Assembly: GCA_029260905.1 (NCBI GenBank)
Contig: JAJDCH010000006.1
Span: 1 to 60,582, forward strand
Direction of reading: 5' to 3'
Length of the DNA stretch: 60,582 nt
From: Candidatus Levyibacteriota bacterium
GTDB lineage: Bacteria > Patescibacteriota > Microgenomatia > Levybacterales > UBA12049
Under the pieces are notes generated by a model. The model was given only the letters and a program-made list of their open reading frames with translations, had not been told where the DNA came from and ran no database searches. Positions 28,632 to 36,931 of the stretch are shown here, in pieces. Numbering within the stretch: the first letter of the stretch is position 1; every line of letters begins with the position of its first letter. Both the position numbers and the translations under genes were made by a program.

Positions 28632-29804
28632 TCAACTCGCCTTCGAGGTCGGTAAATTATAAACCGCAGCTCTTGAACCATCTTCAGAATCACCACCTAC
28701 CGGGAAATACTTTTTTATTCTTCCTACTACCTCCACACTCAAAGTTTCATCCCCGCCCTTTCTATCTCTAATTCCACGTAGTATTTCTCTAATCCGTCCC
28801 ACGGAGTAATCAGTTCCAAGCATTTTTGAAACCTCCCCTGCAAGTTCTTTTGCAGTAATGCCAGAATTTTCTTTAATCAAAACAAGAAGAGCATTTTCCA
28901 CCTCTTTCTTTTTGCGCGCATGGGCAGCGCTTGATGACTCATATGCCTTAGCAAGCAATTTAGAAAACCTATCTGAATCATTTACAATCTTAGACGCTGT
29001 ATTTTTCCCGTGTGTAAGATAATCAGCAAAATCCTGCTCTGCAAACCCACCAACTATATCAACATATCCTCCAATCATCTCTCTTTGCTTTTCATCAAGT
29101 TCATAGCCAATTCTTTTCGAGTCAGTTCCATTTACTTCATTGATTAAATTATTCGTTACCAATCTTTCCAGATGAGAAACCAATTGAGATCTGTCTTTTT
29201 CTTCCCCTACCTTATACTTATAGTCTCCTCCATAAACAGTTGACATTGACTTAAGAAGATCAGCCTCAGAAACAGGTGGGCTTGCTGATACAAGTCTCTG
29301 AAGCATTCTTAAAACTGTAACTGAACTATCCATAGACTCTTTACTATTTCCATCATTATTGTCTACTTTTCGTACTCTTGGCGAACCGTTTAATTTTTCC
29401 AACGAAAATTCTGGAAATTTTTCTGAATGCCCAAGTAAACGACCCCACAGCTCGACAGAACGAACTCCATCAGGGGTAAGCTTATATTCTTTGCCTGATT
29501 TCCTGCTTGAACTTCCCCCAGCTCTACTCTCAGCTAATCCGTGATTCTCTGCTGCTACTATCCAATTCCTAGGGGTATCCCTACCCATATTTGGCCATGC
29601 AGTTCCAAGCGGATCTCTCGTATCTACCAACATTTTTAATTCAGGTCCTGAATACCAATTTCGTGAACCCATTGCTGAAATAAGAAGCCCTGACGCTTCA
29701 GAGTGTCCACCTACTGCAAGTGTATTCCCAAGCTGATACTCATTAAGAGGTTCTCTTCTTTTATCTTCAACACCCGTTCGTCCGATTTGTCCTTCATTTT
29801 CCAT
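28632..29804 (-). CDS. Hypothetical protein with probable tandem winged-helix domains
   Basis: Three segments ending in wing-like motifs (KEYKLTPDG, IGYELDEKQ, IKKYFP); TTGACA-N16-TATAAT promoter. Confidence 0.55.
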   Translation of the reverse strand: MENEGQIGRTGVEDKRREPLNEYQLGNTLAVGGHSEASGLLISAMGSRNWYSGPELKMLVDTRDPLGTAWPNMGRDTPRNWIVAAENHGLAESRAGGSSSRKSGKEYKLTPDGVRSVELWGRLLGHSEKFPEFSLEKLNGSPRVRKVDNNDGNSKESMDSSVTVLRMLQRLVSASPPVSEADLLKSMSTVYGGDYKYKVGEEKDRSQLVSHLERLVTNNLINEVNGTDSKRIGYELDEKQREMIGGYVDIVGGFAEQDFADYLTHGKNTASKIVNDSDRFSKLLAKAYESSSAAHARKKKEVENALLVLIKENSGITAKELAGEVSKMLGTDYSVGRIREILRGIRDRKGGDETLSVEVVGRIKKYFPVGGDSEDGSRAAVYNLPTSKAS

Positions 29805-29878
29805 ATAATAATTATAACAGATTTTATTTCAATGTCAACTATAGGATGTAAGAGTTTTGAAAGAGAATTTTTCTCTCT

Positions 29879-30487
29879 TTAATACTCACTTCTCCCACTT
29901 AACGCCTGGTCAAGAGTCGTGCTGTCAGCGTATTCTATATCTGCACCTGTCGGCAAACCTCTACCGATTCGCGTAATTTTAAGTTCTTGGTTCAAGGTTT
30001 TGAGTTGTTTCGAAAGAAACATAGCTGTTGCCTCACCCTCCATCGTCGGATTCGTAGCCAGGATAATCTCGCGGATTTCTGATTCTTGGTTCTTGATTCT
30101 CTCCATCAATTCGCTGATCCTTATCTCCTCCGGCCCGATATTATTCAGCGGATCAATCCTCCCATGAAGCACGTGATAGACTCCTTTGTATTTTCCTGAC
30201 TTTTCAATTGCCAGTACGTCTAGGGGCTCCTCCAGAACACAAATCATCGTCCTATCCCGTCTTTCATCACTGCAAATACTGCATGGATCTGTTTCATCAA
30301 TTGCTTGACAAACTGAACAAATAACTGTATCGATCTTTAGTTTTTGGATTGAGGAAGCGAATTTATCAAGCTCGCCCTGTGGAACATGCAAAAGATAAAA
30401 AGTAAGCCTTTGGGCTGACTTTGGACCCACGCCAGGAAGACGTTCAAAACTTTCAACTAGATTGGTAATAGCTTTTGGTATACGCAT
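29879..30487 (-). CDS. recR: Recombination mediator RecR
   Basis: LPGVGPKSAQRL, C4 zinc finger, YHVLHG, EIILATNPTMEGEATA, TRIGRGLPTG. Confidence 0.97.
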   Translation of the reverse strand: MRIPKAITNLVESFERLPGVGPKSAQRLTFYLLHVPQGELDKFASSIQKLKIDTVICSVCQAIDETDPCSICSDERRDRTMICVLEEPLDVLAIEKSGKYKGVYHVLHGRIDPLNNIGPEEIRISELMERIKNQESEIREIILATNPTMEGEATAMFLSKQLKTLNQELKITRIGRGLPTGADIEYADSTTLDQALSGRSEY

Positions 30488-30595
30488 AATTCTAAACTCT
30501 AAATACTAATATCTAAATCCTAAATAATTTCAAAATTCTAATTTAGAAATCATATTGTTTTGTACTTTTACTTTCGGTCATTTGATATTATTTAA
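30488..30595. repeat. Empty inverted heptamer-array hairpin (TCTAAAT class)
   Basis: AATTCT-AAACTCT-AAATACT-AATATCT-AAATCCT arm and GTACTTT-TACTTTC...GATATTATTT arm between the prs stop and recR start. Confidence 0.75.
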
Positions 30596-31657
30596 CTCCT
30601 CAGCTATCATCTCCGCAACACTGAGTGTTTCAAGTTTTTCAAATCTCTTTTCCTCTGGCACAAATACAGAATCTGTTACAAAAACCTTTTCAACATCTGA
30701 TCTTTGCAAAAGTATTGGCGCATCTGATGAAAAAATCGGATGAGTAACAAATGCAAAAAATCTCTCAAACCCCTTTTCTTTCAAGAGCTTAATCGCTTCA
30801 ATAATTGTCTTGCCGCTTGATGTCATATCATCAACTATAAATGCAGTTTTTGCCGTATCTGGCAGCTCGCCTTCTATTCTGTTGGTCTGTATCTCACCTG
30901 TTGCCAGATCACGATCCTTAACTGTTGCAATCCAGGGCATACTGTCCAAGTCGCTTGATATCATCTTTATCCGCCTCAGACCACCCATATCTGGGGAAAC
31001 GAGAACAGCATTTTCAAAAAAGTGGGATGACTGTCCACTTGCAGATGAATTGAAAACCGATTTGTTCTCATTATCATTATTCAAATCTGCTCCTGATCGT
31101 TTTTCGCTTAGCGAGGATTGTTCTAAGTCTGAATCTTCATCCGCGAAAGGCCGAGCGCCATCTGCAACGTGCGACAGACTTCCCACTCCCATCAAGCCTT
31201 TTATCTTCTCTGCAAACATCGGCAATGCCGAAAGCTCAATCTGAGGAATATGAAAAAACTCAGGGATTTTGATACTGTGAAGATCAAGCGTGATGATGCG
31301 ATCAACTTTCAAGGACTCCAAAATCTTTATCATTACCTTCAGGGAAACTGCCTCACCATCTCGAAAGACATGATCCTGTCTCTGATAGCCAACATATGGC
31401 ATCACAACTGTCACAGATCTAGCGCCAGACCTTTTTAGCGCATCAATGATAAAAAATAATTCTGTGTAGCTATTGTCAACTGGCGTAGCTGTTGATTGGA
31501 CAACAATTGTGTCATCGTCTACTACTCTTTCATTTAATTTAATTCTTCGCTCTCCATCAGGAAAAACAAATACTTCAACAGGACTAAGAATCAAACCTAA
31601 ATGATCCGCAATTTTTTCTGCCAAAGGTTTATTAAAACTCCCGCTAAATATCTTCAT
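30578..31657 (-). CDS. prs: Ribose-phosphate pyrophosphokinase paralogue 1, with ~55-aa insertion
   Basis: FPDGE, YQRQD, DLHS, VSPDMGG, VDDMTSSGKT; extra segment before ENAVLVSPD. Confidence 0.9.
   Translation of the reverse strand: MKIFSGSFNKPLAEKIADHLGLILSPVEVFVFPDGERRIKLNERVVDDDTIVVQSTATPVDNSYTELFFIIDALKRSGARSVTVVMPYVGYQRQDHVFRDGEAVSLKVMIKILESLKVDRIITLDLHSIKIPEFFHIPQIELSALPMFAEKIKGLMGVGSLSHVADGARPFADEDSDLEQSSLSEKRSGADLNNDNENKSVFNSSASGQSSHFFENAVLVSPDMGGLRRIKMISSDLDSMPWIATVKDRDLATGEIQTNRIEGELPDTAKTAFIVDDMTSSGKTIIEAIKLLKEKGFERFFAFVTHPIFSSDAPILLQRSDVEKVFVTDSVFVPEEKRFEKLETLSVAEMIAEELNNIK
31021..31187. mobile_element. In-frame miniature inverted-repeat element inside prs
   Basis: Terminal IR AGTGGGA-TGA-CTGTC-CAC-TTGCAGATG / CATCTGCAA-CGTG-C-GACAG-ACT-TCCCACT plus internal hairpins. 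Confidence 0.6.
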
Positions 31658-31701
31658 TTGAGTTTATTTTACTATTTTGAAGCTTGAGGAGCAATAAACA
31701 G

Positions 31702-32694
31702 TTACAGGATCAGATCACGGCTTAAGGATTCTCCTGTTTGAATTCTTCTAATTGCCTCAGCAAGAAGCGGTGCTATGGTTACAATCTTTACTTTTTTATT
31801 TTTTGCAACCTCTACTCTTTGCTTTAGCGTATCAGTTATTATGACCTCTTTTATGGGAGATTTGTTGATTATATCCATTGCTTTTCCAGAAAAAAGCCCA
31901 TGAGTTACGGCCACCCTTACAGACAAAGCGCCTCTCCGCTTTAAATACTCCGCTGCCTTTACAATCGTTCCTCCAGTATCAAGCATATCATCTACTAGTA
32001 AAATTCTCTTTCCCCCAACTTTTCCAATCATTCCCATTGCCTCAGACTTATTATTAACTGCTATATCCCGCTCTTTATAAACAAGAGCAACACCCTCTGC
32101 GCCCAAGAGCTTGGCATATGCTGTAGCTCTCACCAATCCCCCTTTATCTGGTGAGGCAACCACCAATCCTTCCAGTTTTTCTGACTTGATTGCGGGAAGA
32201 AGTGCAAATGATCCGTATAAATTATCCCATGGAATTTGCGTAAATCCTTGCTGTTGCTCTGAATGAATATCAAGCGTGAGAATCCTTGAAGCACCAGCAT
32301 TTGTAATCATATTGGCAACAACTGATGAAGAAATAGGAACTCTTGGCATTTCTTTTCTATCCTGCCTACTGTAGCCAAAATATGGAATTACAGCAGTTAT
32401 CTCAGCTGCGCTAGAACGCCTTACTGCATCTATCATAAGAACCAACTCCATTATATTGTCATTGACCGGAACGCTAGTTGGCTGGATTATAAAAACATGA
32501 CGTCTTCGCATGTTTTGTGGAATTCTAACTCTTATCTCACCATCTGAAAAGCTGGTAATTGGTTCATAAAGTTTTTGCCCCAAAAGCTTTGCAATATCTC
32601 GTGCTAGTTGAGGATGAGATCTTCCTGTCAAAAGAATAGAATCTTCAACAAATTTTGATAATGTTTTTCTGATTGATGTTCTTGAAATAGTCAT
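31702..32694 (-). CDS. prs: Ribose-phosphate pyrophosphokinase paralogue 2
   Basis: FSDGEI, PYFGYSRQDR, DIHS, ASPDKGG, VDDMLDTGGT, THGLFS. Confidence 0.95.
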   Translation of the reverse strand: MTISRTSIRKTLSKFVEDSILLTGRSHPQLARDIAKLLGQKLYEPITSFSDGEIRVRIPQNMRRRHVFIIQPTSVPVNDNIMELVLMIDAVRRSSAAEITAVIPYFGYSRQDRKEMPRVPISSSVVANMITNAGASRILTLDIHSEQQQGFTQIPWDNLYGSFALLPAIKSEKLEGLVVASPDKGGLVRATAYAKLLGAEGVALVYKERDIAVNNKSEAMGMIGKVGGKRILLVDDMLDTGGTIVKAAEYLKRRGALSVRVAVTHGLFSGKAMDIINKSPIKEVIITDTLKQRVEVAKNKKVKIVTIAPLLAEAIRRIQTGESLSRDLIL

Positions 32695-32697
32695 TAT

Positions 32698-32780
32698 GTA
32701 ATCAACAAATCATCTAACTCCAAATCAACTAATAATCCACTTAATCAAATTTGTTTATTAGTTGATTTACTACTTCTTGA
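32698..32780. repeat. Empty inverted octamer-array hairpin
   Basis: Perfect 14-bp IR AAATCAACTAATAA (32722-32735) / TTATTAGTTGATTT (32755-32768) inside 8-mer periodic arms. Confidence 0.8.
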
Positions 32781-32781
32781 T

Positions 32782-33069
32782 TTACTTTCCGCCCAACATT
32801 CCTGCAAGTCCACCCATGCCCCCAGCCATGCTTTGCATTTTTTTAGCTGCTACTTCTTGAGATTTCTTAACAGCTTCATTAATAGCTTTTCTTATGTCAT
32901 CATCAGATTTGCCGTTTGATTTTATTTCCCTTATCTCTTGATCACCTGATATCCGTACATATACTCCGTGCTTGCTTATTTCAACTTCTTCAGCTTTTAG
33001 CTGCTTCTGAATCGCCATCGCCTGATCACGCATTTTTTTCAATTCTCCGAGTTGTGAAAATGGATTCAT
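32782..33069 (-). CDS. ybaB: YbaB/EbfC nucleoid-associated protein
   Basis: QAMAIQKQL, VRISGDQEI, AINEAVKKSQ; located between dnaX and recR. Confidence 0.88.
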   Translation of the reverse strand: MNPFSQLGELKKMRDQAMAIQKQLKAEEVEISKHGVYVRISGDQEIREIKSNGKSDDDIRKAINEAVKKSQEVAAKKMQSMAGGMGGLAGMLGGK

Positions 33070-33096
33070 AATAAAATCACCTACCTTTCATTTTTA

Positions 33097-34641
33097 CTAT
33101 TTCAATTCTACAACAATATCTACACTATTTCCAGTAAGCATTTTCGCAGCTCTTGAAAGACTTTCCTGCACTTTTACATCATCTAGTCTTTCTTTGTGAA
33201 ATTTAAATTTTGATTCAATTAAAAGCATTTTTTTATCATAACTTTTTAATCTGCAACCCCGCAAGACTCCTGCAATTGTATGATTGTGATTTTTCATTTC
33301 ATCTATTAGACTATTCCAGAGAGTATCAAGCCACTCAGGTGTTATCTCAGAGCTTGATGTATGCATTAACTCAATTGAAGGCTTGGTATTTACCTTTTCA
33401 GTATTTGTTGCTTTTTTAGAAATGGATCCATTTATGGCATTTTCCTTTGCGATATTACCAATCTTTTTTTTAAAATCTCCTATATTGCCAGTACCGTATT
33501 TTGACTGACTTTTAACCCCTTCTACTCCTTTATCAACTTCCAAATTTTCAGCTGTTGCTTCACGTGTTTTTATAGAATACTCAATCACTGCAAGCTCCAG
33601 CGGAAGCTGTGGAAGAACTGAGTATTTCATCTCCTGATATGATTTTGAGAGAATATCAAAAAGCAAAGCAATCTCAGCTATTTCAAAATTAGCACCAGGT
33701 ATTTCAAATACCTCTTGGGTTGCATTTGTTTTGGAGAGAAGAAGTTTGTGGAGCGTTTCTATAACCTGCTGCAAAAAATATCTAAAATCAATTCCCGTTT
33801 CAGTTAATTTTGAAATTGTTTTCATGCCTTCCCCACTATCTTTTTTATAAAGTGAAGCAAGAAGCGCTATAACATAATGATTTATACTTGTAACTCTGTA
33901 TTTTTCCTCAATCATTTCTCCTGTTATCTTCTTGCCGTTTGACTGCATCACAATCTCCTCCAATATCTTTGTCCCATCCCTAAATCCGCCATCCGACAAA
34001 TGAGCAATTGATAAAAGAGCCTCATCATCAATAGCAACCCTCTCGCCTTTTGTTATACGTTTGAATGAACGAATCAGCTCCATGTCAGTTGCCAAATGAA
34101 AAGAAATATGAAAACATCGCGATACAATTGTTGATGGAACTTTTTCAAGAGCGGTCGTACAAAGTATAAATATGGCATGATTCGGTGGCTCTTCAAGTGT
34201 CTTAAGAAGTGCATTAAATGCCTCAGTTGTTAGCATATGAACCTCATCTATTATATAGACCTTCTTGCTTGCGGAAATAGGCGAAAGCCCAATTTTTTCC
34301 TTTAGATCACGTATCTCATCTATCCCCCTATTACTTGCCCCATCTATCTCCAGAATATCCATATTTGTTCCTTCAGTAATTGATAGACATTGATCACATT
34401 TATTACAAGGCTCTATTTCCCTCCCCTTTACGCTTTCCCCCTTACGCTTTTTGTCAGTACAATTAAGGACTTTAGCTACAATTCTGGCTGTTGATGTTTT
34501 ACCAAGACCCTTTGGGCCTGTGAAGAGAAATGCATGCGGAGTATTTTCCTGATTTTTTAGAACCGATAAAAGACTTTCCCTTACCTTTTCACTATCTAAA
34601 TCATCAATAATCTGTGGTCTGTATTTTCTATAAAAAACCAT
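33097..34641 (-). CDS. dnaX: DNA polymerase III subunit gamma/tau
   Basis: FYRKYRPQ, GPKGLGKTS, EIDGASNRGID, IIDEVHML, FNALLKTLEEPP, TIVSRC. Confidence 0.97.
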   Translation of the reverse strand: MVFYRKYRPQIIDDLDSEKVRESLLSVLKNQENTPHAFLFTGPKGLGKTSTARIVAKVLNCTDKKRKGESVKGREIEPCNKCDQCLSITEGTNMDILEIDGASNRGIDEIRDLKEKIGLSPISASKKVYIIDEVHMLTTEAFNALLKTLEEPPNHAIFILCTTALEKVPSTIVSRCFHISFHLATDMELIRSFKRITKGERVAIDDEALLSIAHLSDGGFRDGTKILEEIVMQSNGKKITGEMIEEKYRVTSINHYVIALLASLYKKDSGEGMKTISKLTETGIDFRYFLQQVIETLHKLLLSKTNATQEVFEIPGANFEIAEIALLFDILSKSYQEMKYSVLPQLPLELAVIEYSIKTREATAENLEVDKGVEGVKSQSKYGTGNIGDFKKKIGNIAKENAINGSISKKATNTEKVNTKPSIELMHTSSSEITPEWLDTLWNSLIDEMKNHNHTIAGVLRGCRLKSYDKKMLLIESKFKFHKERLDDVKVQESLSRAAKMLTGNSVDIVVELK

Positions 34642-34661
34642 ACTTCTCCTTTCAGTCGAAG

Positions 34662-34763
34662 AATACTACAAATAAACAAATAAGCCAATAAACAAATTTA
34701 TTGGAGATTTTTAATTGAGTTATTGATTGGTAGTATTTGCATATTGGGTTATTGATAGTATTT
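34662..34763. repeat. Empty inverted octamer-array hairpin
   Basis: AATACTACA-AATAAACA-AATAAGCC-AATAAACA versus ATTGAGTT-ATTGATTG-GTAGTATTTG...TAGTATTT. Confidence 0.8.
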
Positions 34764-35148
34764 ACTCGTGGTGCAGGCCGAGCAGATGATGCATACTGTG
34801 TCTGACCAACTCATCCACTTTCTCATCCACCAACACCTCATCTCTTGACGCCTCTTTTATAACCATTGGGTAAGATATCACAATATCTCCAAGCCTTACT
34901 ACACCTGCTGGCAGATGAGTCTCCTCTCCCTCACCAAGCGGAAATGATAAAACATTGGTTGTTCCGTCTTTATCACGATACTTTTTATTCAGGAGCGTCA
35001 TTTTCCGATCTCCTACTATTGCAATAGAAACTTCAACTGGACTTTTTACCTCTTGTTCTTCAAGCACCTGAGAAACCGCGAACTTTATTTTCTTCCGGTT
35101 CACTTTATACCTGCTCTCAACGTAAATAAGTACTTTGATATTTTCCAT
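34762..35148 (-). CDS. ybeY: rRNA maturation endoribonuclease YbeY
   Basis: LNKKYRDKDGTTNVLSFP, LGDIVIS, HSMHHLLGLHH. Start at MENIK. Confidence 0.93.
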   Translation of the reverse strand: MENIKVLIYVESRYKVNRKKIKFAVSQVLEEQEVKSPVEVSIAIVGDRKMTLLNKKYRDKDGTTNVLSFPLGEGEETHLPAGVVRLGDIVISYPMVIKEASRDEVLVDEKVDELVRHSMHHLLGLHHE

Positions 35149-35151
35149 TAC

Positions 35152-35229
35152 AATCGACAAATCAACTAATTACTCACCATCTCTTATTTAGTAATTGGCT
35201 GATTGGATAATTTGTATATTGGTTGATTA
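35152..35229. repeat. Empty inverted octamer-array hairpin
   Basis: AATCGACA-AATCAACT-AATTACTC versus ATTGGCTG-ATTGGATA-ATTTGTAT-ATTGGTTG-ATT. Confidence 0.75.
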
Positions 35230-35415
35230 TGTTAGCTTTACTCTCGCTGCTTCTTCTTGCTTGAGCTTTTTCTTCAGCTTTTTTGCAAGCGAAGGCTTGA
35301 GATAAAACTGTCTCCTCTTTGCTTCCTGCACGATCCCTGCATCCATTACTTTTCTGGAAAAATTTCTGATTACCTGATCGTCTGACTGACCAGGCATTTT
35401 CTTAACATGTACCAT
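35227..35415 (-). CDS. rpsU: 30S ribosomal protein bS21
   Basis: 62 aa; VIRNFSRKV...EAKRRQFYLKPS...KKK. Confidence 0.88.
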   Translation of the reverse strand: MVHVKKMPGQSDDQVIRNFSRKVMDAGIVQEAKRRQFYLKPSLAKKLKKKLKQEEAARVKLT

Positions 35416-35554
35416 AAATTAAAAAACACCACCTTTCTATTTCCCTTATTTTACTCCAAATCCCGCCTGCTGTAAACTGCCACAAAGTCACAAAAGCCAA
35501 AAAATACTACAGGATTGACAACCCCTTATAAAGACTGCTAGAATTAATCTATCT

Positions 35555-36532
35555 ATGGAGACGGATACACCGGAAGCACAGGAAACACCACGACTAACAG
35601 AAAAAAAAGAACCAACAACTCTTGAACTTATAACAAAAGCTAAGGAGCTGTTTTTAGAAATCCCTCCTGATTTTATATTAGGCCAAGATGCAAGAGTATT
35701 AATTAATTTTAAAGAAAATGATCCTACTAATAGTGTTTCTCTAACTATATTAAAAGAACATTCCAAAATGAACACCAAGTGGGATCTTACACGAATAACG
35801 CTCTTTTCTAATGCCGAAACAGGCGAAGAAGGTGGATCTTTAGAGAAGGGAAAATTTAATCCCCTTAATGGCAATGAGGACATAGACAAAGATCCAAGCC
35901 AGAATGGAAGGTCAGAATTGGAGAAACAAAATCATCTTAAGCAAAAATTTTCTGGAATCTTAAGATCTATTAAAGACAAACTTACTTCTAGTGATCAAGT
36001 AGCACCAGAAGACACAGAAAGTGATCCTGTTTCTTCTCCGGAATTTAATGTGAAAAATACAATTTCTGAATTACTTGTTTTAGCAAGAAAATTAATCAAA
36101 AAAATACCTGATGTAAAACAATCAGACTATGATGCTGATGGGCAAGGTGAGAGAAATCTTTCGGGAGATTTTTATATTGCTGGGAAAGAAGCGTCTGTAG
36201 ATCTTGACGTTATACTTGATGATAAGGGGCAACCTCTTCCAGGAACAGAAAATTTTTCGCTTGCAGTCCCCTTTGGAAGAGGACCAACTGGCAGAATTGA
36301 AATCGAGATACTTCAAATACCTGCGCTTGGCATAAATTATCGAAGAATAGAAAACACACAAGGTAAGAATGGAAGTTTTCTAAAAAAAGAACCAACTACC
36401 CCTAGTAAAGAAAATAATAATTACCAAGAGCATATTACAGATGAAAATATGTTAGACAAAGGACCAGACGCAGGGGTAGCTAAAATTAAAACTGTTCTAA
36501 ACGGCCTAAATACAATGTTTAGTGATAGATAA
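35555..36532 (+). CDS. Hypothetical protein, possible internal domain duplication
   Basis: 325-aa ORF; TTLELITKAKELFLEIP resembles TISELLVLARKLIKKIP. Confidence 0.6.
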   Translation: METDTPEAQETPRLTEKKEPTTLELITKAKELFLEIPPDFILGQDARVLINFKENDPTNSVSLTILKEHSKMNTKWDLTRITLFSNAETGEEGGSLEKGKFNPLNGNEDIDKDPSQNGRSELEKQNHLKQKFSGILRSIKDKLTSSDQVAPEDTESDPVSSPEFNVKNTISELLVLARKLIKKIPDVKQSDYDADGQGERNLSGDFYIAGKEASVDLDVILDDKGQPLPGTENFSLAVPFGRGPTGRIEIEILQIPALGINYRRIENTQGKNGSFLKKEPTTPSKENNNYQEHITDENMLDKGPDAGVAKIKTVLNGLNTMFSDR

Positions 36533-36550
36533 ATCCCTCACAATAACTAA

Positions 36551-36877
36551 CTACATCCCGTCCGTCTTCTTCATAGGTCCCATGAGGTGGATGTGGAAAT
36601 GAGGGATCGCTTCTGCTCCTCCTGCATTGATACCAACTCGATAGCCTTTCCCGCCTGACAAGCCCTGCTCTTTGGCTACCTTTTTGACAACTTCCATCAA
36701 TTTCTGTAGCAAATCGGGTGCAACTTCTGATAATTCTGAAAGGTGTTTTTTGGGGATTGTTATCAAATGAACTGGTTTCACGGGGTGGATATCAGGAAAT
36801 ACCAGCACTTCTTCGTCTTCATAAACGATTTCTGCCGGCAACTCTTTTCTGATAATTTTACAAAAAACACAATCCAT
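36551..36877 (-). CDS. HIT-family nucleotide hydrolase
   Basis: DCVFCKI, FPDIHP, HLITIPKKH, HFHIH histidine triad. Start at MDCVF. Confidence 0.93.
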   Translation of the reverse strand: MDCVFCKIIRKELPAEIVYEDEEVLVFPDIHPVKPVHLITIPKKHLSELSEVAPDLLQKLMEVVKKVAKEQGLSGGKGYRVGINAGGAEAIPHFHIHLMGPMKKTDGM

Positions 36878-36880
36878 AGG

Positions 36881-36931
36881 TAATAAACCAATCAACTAAT
36901 TATCCAATGCAATTTGTTTATTAGTTGATTA
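36881..36931. repeat. Empty inverted octamer-array hairpin
   Basis: AATAAACC-AATCAACTAAT ... ATTTGTTT-ATTAGTTGATT. Confidence 0.8.
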
